Part shown: in pieces, positions 1 to 10,545 of the stretch
How positions within the stretch are numbered: position 1 is the first letter of the stretch
Layout of the letters: each line of letters starts with the position of its first letter
Translations under genes and position numbers: made by a program
Assembly: GCF_016432865.1 (NCBI RefSeq)
Contig: NC_067398.1
Coordinates: forward strand, 83,142,001 to 83,206,000
DNA: 64,000 nt
Reading direction: 5' to 3'
Source: Antechinus flavipes
Lineage: Eukaryota
The notes under the pieces: generated by a model
What the model was told of the DNA's origin: nothing
What the model saw: the letters and a program-made list of their open reading frames with translations, nothing else
Database searches by the model: none

Positions 1-1729
1 GCCTTTCTCGGCTGCTCCCGATGTGAGCAGCATTTAACACTGATGATGATTGCAGCTGTCTGAGCATCCTTTGTTATGCGGGCCAGGCCAGCATGTTTAC
101 CCACAGTGTTTCTGGCACGTGGGTCTCACAGTGGGTTTAGCTTTGTCAATACCAGCTGGAAGTCTGTCTATTTAAAGGGTAGCGGAGTGATGGGGGCCTG
201 CCCACTTACGCCTGGGGGGGGGGAGGGGTCGTCTGTGTCTGGGTGTCCCACCCCCCGCGCAGAGAGTGGGAGCTGGCTCTTACCGGGCGCCCAGGCCCCT
301 TCCGTCCGTGGCCTCCCCCCATCGCCCTGCACCTTGGGAGGGAGCTGCGTTCTCAGCCCTGGAACGGGTACCCACAACAACTGCCGGATGACTGATGGGA
401 GGATTGATTATTGATCACCCCCTGGCACCTCCTTCTGCCCGTTGAGGCATCTCTCAGAGGAGATTACCCCCAAGCCTTCCAGGCTCAGCCCCAGCAGCTC
501 AGCAGGCCCTGGCCGTCGAGGTCAGAATCCCAGAAGGCCTTTCATCCCATCTCCTCCGGCCTGCCCGCTTTCCAGAGGCCGGGTAGTGCGGGAAGTCAGC
601 TCGGGACTTACCGGGAGGAGCAGAGCTCCCCTCAGGAGGGAATCTGGGCTTAGTATTTACGGCATCCGGGGCCTCTCTGAAAAATGTCTCCTCACTTTGT
701 GAGAGGGTTTGCTGACTTCAAAGTCCTTTGTAATCTGAGAAATAAGAGCCGTGGGAGAGTCATCCCTGGGAAGCAGCAGAGCCAAGATTTGAATGTGGGA
801 CCCTCTCCTTAGTCCAGCTGGAAAGAAGCTTCCTGGGGGCGAGGAGTGTCCAGTCCCATTTGTCATTGGTGTGGGGACTTCCCAGTGAGGAAACTGCCCC
901 AGATTATGCAGATAATCCTACAGCCTTTTACCATTGTCCCCTGACATGCTCCCGCTTTCTCCTTAATGCATCCAGTCCCTGCTGTTCCTTTAGAGCCCAG
1001 CTCAAATGCCGCCGCCTCCATTTATAATCTCTGACGGAGGGCACCGAGATGCTGAGCGACTGGCCCGCTGGCATTCGTCAGAAGGGCTTGTCCAGGGCTT
1101 CCTGACACTCTCTCTCTCAAAAGAACCTTAGAGAGAGGCGACCTTTCTCCTGATGCAAGCTCTGGGGTCCAGCTCTGGAAGAGACCCGAACGTGCACTTA
1201 GTCTAATCTCTCCCTCGCCCCTGTGCCCTCCCCAAGAGGCAGGTCGTCCCTGCTTCATGTGAGCGCCGCCGGTTACCCAGGGGCAGAGCAGGAATCGGGC
1301 AGGGGCTCGAGAAGGCAGGCAGGAAGTTCCACAGAGGCATCCGGCTCTGGTCCTTCAAGCGTCTGTGGCTTTCTGGGTGTGAGTAATCCCTTCACTAGCA
1401 CAGATTGCAAGCCTTCTCTGCCCTGCCTCTTGGTCTTTAGGAGTTACCGGGACTGAAAAATCCTGTCACACAACCTTGTCACAAACCTCCCGATGCTTCA
1501 CGAGGCTGCTCTTAACTGACAAGCAGAGGGTCCATCACTGCCCAGCCTTAAAGTCTCTCTAGCTCGGTGGGACACCCCCTCCCGGAACATTCAGTGCAAA
1601 CTCTGTATTTCAGAGACTCAGAATCACTTCCCCACCATAGTGGGGCAAAACCGTTGGACTTTAGTAGGTCAAAATGATAGCGTGTGTACCTGTACATGTG
1701 TGTGACATTTTTGCTTATAAATTTTACAC

Positions 1730-1830
1730 ACATTATTTCATTTGATCCCTCACAGCATCCTCATGAGGTAGACAGGTCACACATTATAGACCCATTTCAC
1801 AGATGGTGAAATTGCGTTCCACAGAGTAGT
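1730..1830 (-). mobile_element. MIR-type CORE-SINE fragment
   Basis: Reverse-strand CORE motifs: 'catttgatccctcacagcatcctcatgaggtag...cccatttcacagatggtgaaattg'. Confidence 0.7.
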
Positions 1831-2426
1831 ACATGGTACAGTTCCATCTCAGCCAGGGCCTTCTTCTTTGCTTCCTACAAGAACTAGAGTTCATCCATAC
1901 AGCCGTAGCTCACTGCCGAGGGCGGGCAAATGCTCCGTGGCTCCCAGGTGGCCAGGACAGAAGGGGTGTTGAGAGGGGAAGAAAGGAGCTAGGGTGCTTC
2001 TAGGAAGTCACCGTCCCCCCGCCTGCTACTGCCCACATGGGTTAGGCCCCTTGCGGACCTGCTAGAATTCCCTAACATGCAGCCACATAAATTCCTCTCT
2101 CCCAATCACATTCTATTAATGTGTTTTCTTTAAGTGGGCTCTCCAGGACAACTTAATAGAGCACCATAGGTGCTTCTCCATCTTCACAGGCTCGTCCACA
2201 TCATACCCCACTGCCTGCATTTAGAGAGTGACTGTAAATAACTTAATTGACAAATTAAGTAATGACTCAGGGCAGAAGGGACAGAGCAGAGAGGAATGGG
2301 CAGCTTCATCTGACACTCTAAAAGAGAATGAGAATTAGCAGAGGAGGAGGGGGGAAGGAGGAAGAGCCTGGCCACGGCCAGAGAAGTGGGTCAGGGAAAG
2401 CGAATATGGACTCATTACCACCTAAT

Positions 2427-2969
2427 TGTAATAACTCAAATCGCCTCTAAACAGGTTTTCCCATCTCCACTCTCTACTCAGCACAATCTATCTTTCATAC
2501 AGTTGGAAAAGTTACCTCTCTTACTTACAATTCCAGTGATTCTACTACTTACTTGTTATGCCAGTTTCCTTAATTATTCTACCTCAGTTTCCCTAATTGT
2601 TCTGCCTCAATTTCCCTGAATTGTTCTGCCTGGTTGCATCATCTCCCCTCCTAACCATTAAGACTGATATCACTTAAGGCTATTCTAAGATTATAAATTG
2701 TAAATGTTTAATCCAGATAAGGAGAAAGACCTTCTATCTTAGACATCATGACTCCAGACCTTCCCAACTTATCTGGTGCTCACTCTGCTCCCCCACTCTG
2801 TCATTGTTCTTCTTAATCAGTAAACCCAATAAAGAATCTCTGAACTCCCACTTTGGGGGCTGGATACTTGGAGACAAAAGTCTGATCCAGTCAATTAATT
2901 AAACTCTCCAATAAATTAATTATTATAACTCTCTAATCTCTATCCTGCCTCAGTTTCTCTGGCATTACA
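2427..2969 (+). mobile_element. Solo ERV LTR (543 bp)
   Basis: Starts TGTAAT and ends ATTACA (6-bp inverted termini, TG...CA). AATAAA signals lie in the 3' third, there is an internal short tandem duplication, and the end 'ctgcctcagtttctctggcattaca' resembles dasyurid LTR ends. No TSD recovered. Confidence 0.7.
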
Positions 2970-2974
2970 ACTTC

Positions 2975-3600
2975 CAATTCTAGCCATGACATTATACTTC
3001 TCAAGACCTTTCAATAGCTCCTATTGCAAAATTCAAACTCCTTAGGCATGTATGGAAGGTCCTCCATCCACAACCAAGTCCAATATCCTCTGTCAGCAGA
3101 TCTTTACTACCTTTCTAGATCTTTCACTTACAGCACCCCTCTACATGCTGTACTCCAGCCAAATTAGATTGTTATGCTCCCCACTACTACTATTTCAAAA
3201 ATAGCTGCTCACAATTACATAATATTTTAAGAATGGACTTAAAGGACATAGTCTCATTTGATTCCTCTGTCCTAGAACTTTCCATTTTCTGCACCTCTGC
3301 TCCTGCGTATCCAATTATTGATGTGTCCTTCTTCCTTTCTTAACCTACCCTTCCTTTAAAAGCCAGCCCAAAGGTCATCTCCTCTAGGACTGCTTCCCAG
3401 TGTCCATCCTAGCCTCTTTTCCCCACTCATATAACACTGTCTTCTTTTGTGTTGTATTTTTTAATATATGAGTTTCATAACCATGAGCTCCAGAAAGTCA
3501 AAGATAAATCATCTAAAATCTCTTTCTTCCCCTACTACAGAGCAAGTACTCTACACACTTAACAAAGGTTTATTGGATTAAATTAAAGTTACTGAAAGTG
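2975..3600 (+). mobile_element. L2 LINE 3' fragment
   Basis: Pyrimidine-rich L2 3' region ending in a decayed tail 'cacacttaacaaaggtttattggattaaattaa'. Confidence 0.65.
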
Positions 3601-3654
3601 AATTAGTCAAGTTGTGAAGAATTTTGGAATCTCTGATCTTAGAGGTCATCCAAT

Positions 3655-5455
3655 CCCTCAAAAGTCAATGATCAGGCCTTTACAAAGTGCCTACTGTGTG
3701 CTGAGGTTATAAGGACAGATGTCTTTAAGTGTTTCATGTTCTAAAAGAGAAAACAACACACACTTGTGCAGACAGGTACAAAGCATTTGCAAAGCAAATG
3801 CAAGGTCACCTTGGAGTGAAGGACACCAGCAGCCTAATGGGGATGAGCAAGGAAGGGCTCCTGAAGATGGCCGCCCTTGAGCTTCTTAAAAGAAACCAGG
3901 TTTCCCAGATGCAAAACAGAGAGAGAAAATAGGTGGATAGGTCAGATAGGTGGAACAGTCATTGCCAGATATGGGAAATAGAGCATCCCATGTGAAGAAC
4001 CACAAGAAGACCCATGTGATAGGGCCATATCCCACCCAGAGGATAATGATATATAATAAGCCTGGAAAGACAGGGTGGGACCAGGATAGGAAAAGCATTA
4101 AATCCGAGCTGATTTATATTTGATCCTAGAGATAATAGGGAGCCCCCAAGTTTAGGAGAAGGAAGAGGTGACATTCTCAGCCCTTCTCTACAAGAAAATC
4201 ATTTTGATCTGTGTGAAAGAGAGAGGAGTGTGGAGAGATTTGAGGCAGGAAGACCAATTAAGAGGCTATTGTACGGAATGAGAGCCCGAACCAAAGTGTG
4301 AATGGTGGGTGGAGGTGAGGGGGAGACATAAGCAAAAGATATTAGGGAGGTAGAAATGTCAGCATTTGGTGATTGATTGGAGTATATGTGGGATGAATGA
4401 GAGTGAAAAATCAAGAATTACACAAAGGTTGCAAACATTGCTTCAGAGACTAGAATACCACCTGTAATGGAAACAGGAAATTTCAAAAGAAGAGTGGGTC
4501 TATGGAGAAAGATAATGAAATCTGTGTGATTGAGCTATCTATAGGATATCCAGCTTGAAATATCCAGTAGGGGGTTAGTGATGCAAGCCTGGAACCCAGT
4601 AAAAAGACTATATAGATCAGGAAGTCTGTTGCAAAGAAGTAATAATTAAATTTATAGAAGCTGATGAGGTCACCAATTGAGAGTATAGATACAAAAGAGA
4701 AAAGGTCTAAGAAGAGTTTGGAGGACACTCCCAGTTAGTGGGTCTGAAAGGAATATTGATCCAGCAAAGGTGTTTAGTAGAGTCATTAAAAGTGGGGTGA
4801 GGGTGGAAAGGAGGAAGGGAATCTAAGAAAGAGCGGTGTGCACAGCATCACCAAAACCTGGCGAAGAGAGAACATCCAGGAGAAGATAAGCAACAGAATA
4901 AAATGCCGCAGAGAGGTCAAGGATGAGGACGGAGAAAAACCCATTGGATTTGTCAATTAAGCAATCACTGGTAACTGGAGAAAGCAATTTCAGTTGAGTG
5001 ATGATGAAGTCAGAAGGCAGATTGGAGAGGTTTGGAAGAGAAAGAAGAGGAAGGGGAGGGAATGAGTGCAGGTGGCTCTTCCAAGAAGTTTGACCAAGGA
5101 GAGGATGGATGGAGAATGAGAGCTGGCAGGGATGGTAGATTCTGGTGAGTTTTTCAAGAGGAAGGGAGACTTGGGTGTGCTTAGAGACAGGAGCTGAGGG
5201 ACTACTAGATATGGAGTTCCTAAAGATTATGGGGGATGATCAAAAGGTGATGGGAGAAAAGGGCATCAAAGGTGCATGTAAAAAAGCTGGATCTGGCAAG
5301 GAGAAGAGCCACCTGTTCATCTCAGATTGGGTAAAGGAGGAAATGGTAGAGGATGGTGCTAGAGTTGTGAGCAATGGAGAAGGGAAAAGAGAGTGCTTGT
5401 GCAAATGGGGCCATTCTCTCAGTCAATTATGGGGCAAGGGCCTGTCTGAAGAATG
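3655..5455 (-). mobile_element. Long L2 LINE fragment (decayed ORF2)
   Basis: Minus-strand ORF 4199-4414 gives 'HTLVRALIPYNSLLIGLPASNLSTL', matching the L2 ORF2 C-terminal motif (LVQALVISxLDYCNSLLxGLP). The top strand is purine-rich and the L2 tail lies at ~3660-3720. Confidence 0.8.
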
Positions 5456-5459
5456 AATC

Positions 5460-5640
5460 CTCACTAAAGCTCCCCCAACGGATGGCTGTCCTGCCTCTTC
5501 TTGAGTGTCCTACTAGGGATGAGGAACTCACCGCCTTCTAGATTTACCTGCTTCACATCTGGGAAACTCTCATTGTTAAGTTTTTCCTTTATTAAATTGA
5601 AATTTGTCTCCCTGTAACATTCACCCATTTGTCTAGTCAC
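5460..5640 (-). mobile_element. CR1/L3 LINE 3' fragment
   Basis: 'gatggctgtcctgcctcttcttgagtgtcc...gggatgaggaactcaccgccttc...gggaaactctcattgttaag' is the reverse of the L3 3' end. Confidence 0.7.
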
Positions 5641-5772
5641 ACACAGCAACCTAAGTTTTGTCTTATATATGGCCAGTCCTTCCTGTACTTGAAGACAGAG
5701 TAAAAGACCTCTCTAAATCTGCCCCCCCAAAGAGATGCTGACACACTAAAAGGGCAAAACTTGACTGTCTAA

Positions 5773-5964
5773 CAGGAGTCCTCAAATTTTTTAAATAAGG
5801 GGCCAGTTCACTGTCCCTCAGACTGATGGAGGGCCGGACTATAGTAAAAACAAAAACTTTGTTTTGTGGGCCTTTAAATAAAGAAACTTCATAGCCCTGG
5901 GTGAGGGGGATAAACGTCCTCAGCTGTCACATCTGGCCCGTGGGCCATAGTTTGAGGACCCCGG
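5773..5964 (+). mobile_element. Non-autonomous hAT MITE, OC1/OposCharlie1 type (192 bp)
   Basis: TIRs CAGGAGTCCTCAAA ... TTTGAGGACCCCGG. Internal 'ggggccagttcactgtccctcagactgatggagggccggactatagtaaaaacaaaaact' matches the OC1 consensus as I recall it. TSD not cleanly recovered. Confidence 0.8.
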
Positions 5965-6599
5965 TAGAACCCACTTTTATCCACAGGGATGTTGTTGTTT
6001 TTCCCTTGCACATAACAAACATTTAATAAATATATACTGGGCTGTTGAATTAAACTTTAGCATCTCCTATTTATATACAAAAAAGGGCTAGGTTTGAATT
6101 CTGATTGATTTTGAATATCTGATTGATATGATTTTGGACAGGTCTCCTGCCTTCACAGGAACTCAGTTTCCTCTTCAGCAAAAAGGGGTGCAGACACACA
6201 GACAAGATGCTCTAAATCTGTTATTTCTGAACCTGAGATCATAGGCGTCTCTAATGTGCTAATTAAAAATAATCCATTACAGGAATTCCCCTAAGGACAC
6301 GTTGGGGGACGTGAGCTAACTCTTTGTTAGCTTCCCTCAGGTCACAGGAGGGCTTTGAAAGTAATAAAACCATTTTAAATAACTTCAGGGATTCCGGCTA
6401 GTCCCTTATGCCATTTGTTTTCTGCACGGAGTCCGGCACATAGTAGGTGCTTAATTTTGTTTGTTAATTAAGTTTGTTGACTGATTGACTCTTTTGAGTT
6501 GGTTTAATCAGTCATGGATCAGCCAGAATTTACTGCAGTAAGGAGAGGGTTGAGAGATTGACCGGACACCGAAACGGCCTCGTGTTGAGGATGCCAAGG

Positions 6600-6975
6600 A
6601 AAGGCTGATCCGCATGTGTGAAAATTCCTCTGTGTGCATACTGTGCCGTGTGCATGTTCCTGCACGTGACTGCAGACTTTTCTGTGTGTACGTGTGCTTC
6701 TAAGTGTGTCTTGTGTGTGCTCCGCATGTTTGTGCGTGTCTGGGATTTCCGTGTCAGTTTGTGCACACGGGCGGGTACGTGTCAGCCACACTTGTTGAGT
6801 GTCTTTGTGTGTCCACAGGGATATGTCTGTACATCTGAATGTCTGTTTGCATGGAATGAAGATGTCCGGACATCTGTGCAGACCCGGGGGCAGCTGCACA
6901 GCGTTTCTCGGAGCTAGCGACGGGGCTGTTGTGCAGTTTGTGTACCTAGACGTGTATCTGCGTGGCCTTGAGTGC
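6600..6975. repeat. Degenerate (TG)-rich low-complexity tract
   Basis: tgtg/tgca/cgtg motifs throughout. Similar tracts occur at 14810-15060, 51530-51780 and 52980-53150. Confidence 0.7.
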
Positions 6976-7234
6976 ATAGGAAGTCGGGGATAGAGGGACT
7001 GTACTTATGTATCTACCCTGCTCTTCCATTTATTCTTAGTCACGCCCCCCCTTTCTCCTCTCCTTTTTCCAAAGCCCAAAGTGCTAAATTTCATGTCAGA
7101 GCTAGAGACCCACGTCAGGCCTCTGTTGTTATCCCAGCCAGGGGGATGCTCGGGCTGAAGCAGTCTAGCCATGAATGGATTTGCTTCCATATTTCTCCAC
7201 CACCCACACCCCACCATTTTATTCACAAATGCAT

Positions 7235-7390
7235 TCATTTATTTGTTTGTTCACGAAGCAATTGGGGTTAAGTGACTTGCCGGGATCACACAGCCAATGA
7301 GGGTCAAAGATCTGAGGCCACATTTGAGCTCAGTTCCTCCAGACTCCCTAGCTGGGGCTCTATTCACTGCACCGCCTGCGTGCCCCTATC
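7235..7390 (-). mobile_element. WSINE1-type CORE-SINE
   Basis: 'gcaattggggttaagtgacttgcc...atctgaggccacatttgagctcagttcctccagactcc...ctctattcactgcaccgcct...gcccc' is the reverse complement of the WSINE1 layout. Confidence 0.75.
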
Positions 7391-7399
7391 CCCACCATT

Positions 7400-7530
7400 T
7401 TTTAAATAATTTTTTATTATAGCTTTTTATTGACAAAACATATGCATGGGTAATTTTTCAACACTGACCTTTGCAAAAACTTCTGTTTCTGCTTTTCTCC
7501 TCCTTCCCTCCACCTCCTCCCCTAGATTAT
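7400..7530 (-). mobile_element. Marsupial L1 3' end fragment
   Basis: 'ttattatagctttttattgacaaaacatatgcatgggtaatttttcaacactgacctttgcaaaaac...cccctagat' resembles the reverse of the dasyurid L1 3' UTR. Confidence 0.7.
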
Positions 7531-7665
7531 CCCCATCATTTAAAAGCTACGGGACAAGCTCAAAACTATAGTACTTTTCCAAAAGTTGAGTGGAAGGCTG
7601 AGAGGATGGTAGATTCTAAACAGTTCTTAGGGAGCTTCTAAACCCCACCCTGCCCCTGGGAGTAT

Positions 7666-8379
7666 AATTGACTCTGATTCCAGGAAACTTGCTGCCTATT
7701 GAAACAATGAACCTCCTTGTGGAATTAGAACATTCATTTCAGATCTTGTGAAAGTCAGGGATCAGTGAGGGTGACTGTTCTGTTCCACCCCAACTACACA
7801 CACACACACACACACACACACAAATATCACACCATACACATACACTCTCCCTTGCTGTCAATCCTTCCCTACAGCCCTAAAATATTACCCGGGGTATCAC
7901 CCCCTCAGGCACTCTGGGTGATTCAACAGCAGCTCTTGAGCCAAATTGACTGTTTCAATAAGCAGCAAGTTTCTTGGAATCAATGAACCTCCTTGTGGAA
8001 TTAGAACATTCATTTCAGATCTTGTGAAAGTCAGGGATCAGTGAGGGTGACTGTTCTGTCCCACCCCAACTCNNNNNNNNNNNNNNNNNNNNNNNNNNNN
8101 NNNNNNNNNNNNNNNNNNNNNNNNNNNNNNNNNNNNNNNNNNNNNNNNNNNNNNNNNNNNNNNNNNNNNNNNNNNNNNNNNNNNNNNNNNNNNNNNNNNN
8201 NNNNNNNNNNNNNNNNNNNNNNNNNNNNNNNNNNNNNNNNNNNNNNNNNNNNNNNNNNNNNNNNNNNNNNNNNNNNNNNNNNNNNNGGAAGAGCCAATCC
8301 TCCCTACAGCCCTAAATTATTGCGGGGTACCACCCCTTCAGGCACCCTGGGAGATTCAGCAGGCACCCTTGAGCCAAAT
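7666..8379. repeat. Local tandem duplication (~276-bp period) spanning a gap
   Basis: 7706-7795 is ~99% identical to 7982-8071. 7859-7946 is ~85% identical to 8295-8379. Confidence 0.85.
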
Positions 8380-8834
8380 ACAACACTTTTTCCCATTGCT
8401 GCTTTGAAGTAGGTCACTGGGAGCCTTCAGGAGATAGTCTCCACAATTGGACTGGATCTAGGTTACATACAAAGCAGGCAGATAAACCAGACACCTCCAT
8501 TTTACAATGTGAGGGAGGAATGGCCACAAGTCAATCAGAAGGAGGGGTAGAAACTATCTCTGTTCTTCATCCCCCATCTCGTGGCTAGCCACAGCACACT
8601 ACTAGAAGAGGCCCCCAGCTGCTCCTCCCCCTGTAAGTCACCCACACATATGCCAGATACTATTATAGGGAAGATCCAGATACATCTCCCCAAGAAAGCT
8701 GGCGGATTGATGAACATAATGGACTGCTTCTCCCCTGTCCTGCCTGCTGCCTGCTTTAGAACAAAGTGCCTACAAAACTTGCTGCAGAAATAGAGCAAGA
8801 GGAATAGTCTTGGGCCAGGAAAGCTAGGACAGAC

Positions 8835-9050
8835 CACTGATATTCAATCACTTCAGTCCTGACCAGCTCTCTGTGGGTTTTCTTTGCGGAAATACTGGAG
8901 AGGTTTGCTGTTTCTTTCCAGCTCATTTTGAGGTGGGGAAACTGAGGTAGAGAGGACTAAATGACTTGTTAATAAATATTAGAGGCTACATTTGAAATCC
9001 TCCAGGCCCAGTGTTCTAGCCACTGAACCACTTCGCTGCCTCCAAACTGT
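8835..9050 (-). mobile_element. MAR1-type SINE
   Basis: 'ttttctttgcggaaatactggagaggtttgctgtttctttccagctcattttgaggtggggaaactgagg' is the reverse of the MAR1 RTE-like tail plus CORE. Confidence 0.7.
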
Positions 9051-9149
9051 GACTAGGAGGTACTAAACCATTTCTGAAAATTCCTTCCAAGATTTCAGCT
9101 GTAAGTGAAACATCTGGGATCTTAGAAACAATTTCCTATTCAATGTGAT

Positions 9150-9320
9150 CTTATTAGATGAAACCTCGCCTCATTTCTGACCTCCCCAGATCTTCTTGAA
9201 TCCTAATGCCATCATCTCCCATAACTATCCCTCCAAACTGTGTGTCATCTGCAAATCTGATAAGCCTACTAACTCTATCTACCCTCATCCAAATCCTGTA
9301 TAAAAATGCTGAGCAGCGAA
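9150..9320 (-). mobile_element. CR1/L3 LINE reverse-transcriptase fragment
   Basis: Minus-strand translation 'LIRFADDTQFGGIVMGDDGIRIQEDLGRSE' matches the CR1 catalytic FADDT region (ISKFADDTKLGG...IQxDLDRLE). Confidence 0.85.
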
Positions 9321-9625
9321 TTTCCCCTCCTGTCTGTCTATCCAAATCCTCTTCCTCATTCTGTTGCCTTTAAGGATTTCTTTATCTTTTGGCAATAGGA
9401 TATAGTATTAAAAACACAAGATTTGAAGTTTGAATAGTGGCTCTGCTATTTACTGCCTGAATGAACTTGGAAAAGGTCTCTAGGACTCAGTTTTCTCTTC
9501 TTTATATTGGATAGATTGATTAAATCATCTCTAGGTTCAGCTCTAAAAATTGTGCTCTTGTGAACTCTTACAGGCACTGGCACAGTTAAACAGTCCTCCC
9601 TAGCCTTTGATCCACGTGGCCCTGG

Positions 9626-9626
<1 letters not shown>

Positions 9627-9665
<39 letters not shown>

Positions 9666-9780
9666 TAGACGGGGGGAGGTAGGGAAGGGGAGAGAGACAG
9701 AGACAGAGAGACATAGAGAGAGAGACAGACAGACAGAGAAAAAGAGAGAGAGACAGGGACAGAGACAGAGACAGAAAATC
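9627..9780. repeat. (GT)n microsatellite followed by a GA/GACA tract
   Basis: About 18 GT units (9627-9662), then gagagacaga repeats. Confidence 0.95.
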
Positions 9781-10109
9781 CTGTCTCTCTTCATTCAAAT
9801 CACAAACTCCCTTGGAACAGGAGAGGGGGACCTGCTCTGTTTCTCATCCCTTAAGATATAAAGTGCTTGAAACTTTTGTCTCCATTGTTTCTGTCTCCCC
9901 AGTAGAGCCCAACATTATTTGTAGCAGACACTTAGTGAGAGACAGCTTAGCACAGGAAATCAAATGCTATATTTGCAATCAGAAAGACCTAGCTTCAGCA
10001 TCTCCTATTCCTTTCCCTTTTGCTCCTCTGAACTCTCCCAAGATATCTTGGAGTTTACTGACTAGATTTCTTAAAAACCAAGCTTTAACCAAAATCAACC
10101 TGATTCTCC

Positions 10110-10545
10110 TTGATTGACCACCAATAGGTCCCAGGCCAAACCCCATTTGGTCACTGTTTGGGTCCTGATGGACTCAGATTGAATGTCAATAGCAATCATT
10201 TCTGCTTTGGCCAGAAACCCTGAAGGTCTTCCTTCCCAACTTCACTTATTTATTTAGATTTTTTTGGCCTCAATTACTACCTAGCCTTAATCACTGAATG
10301 GGTGCAGCTTCAGTCAAACTGGGACCTGTTGAAGATCTTAGCTTAAAAAGGCCAAGGTCTCCCACTGCATCCAGGGCCATCTCCAGTCTTCCTTACCTAT
10401 ATCTGGTCCTGGACCCAGTGGCTCTGGAGGGGAACGTGAGGCAGGTGACCCTGCATGGCCTCCCTCCCTTACATCTAATCCACTTGCATGACAAGCCATC
10501 ACCTTGCATATCACGGTCCTCTTCCAAACAAAGGACAACAACCAC
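10110..10545 (+). mobile_element. WALLSI-type (RTE-related) marsupial SINE
   Basis: 'ttagcttaaaaaggccaaggtctcccactgcatccagggccatctccagtc...ggtcctcttccaaacaaaggacaacaacc' with a CAA-type tail. A reverse copy lies at 28915-29185. Confidence 0.7.

Noticed and set aside
41-63. TGATGA...CTGA resembling C/D snoRNA boxes
   Set aside because: The boxes span only ~22 nt in total, far too short for a snoRNA, and there is no terminal stem.
76-702. GC-rich ORFs at the window start
   Set aside because: No recognisable domain or convincing splice structure; open frames are expected in GC-rich DNA.
6519-6993. Overlapping 64-152-aa Cys/Val- or His/Thr-rich ORFs (also 14811-15160)
   Set aside because: They arise from degenerate (TG)n sequence, are open on both strands, and resemble no protein family I recognise.
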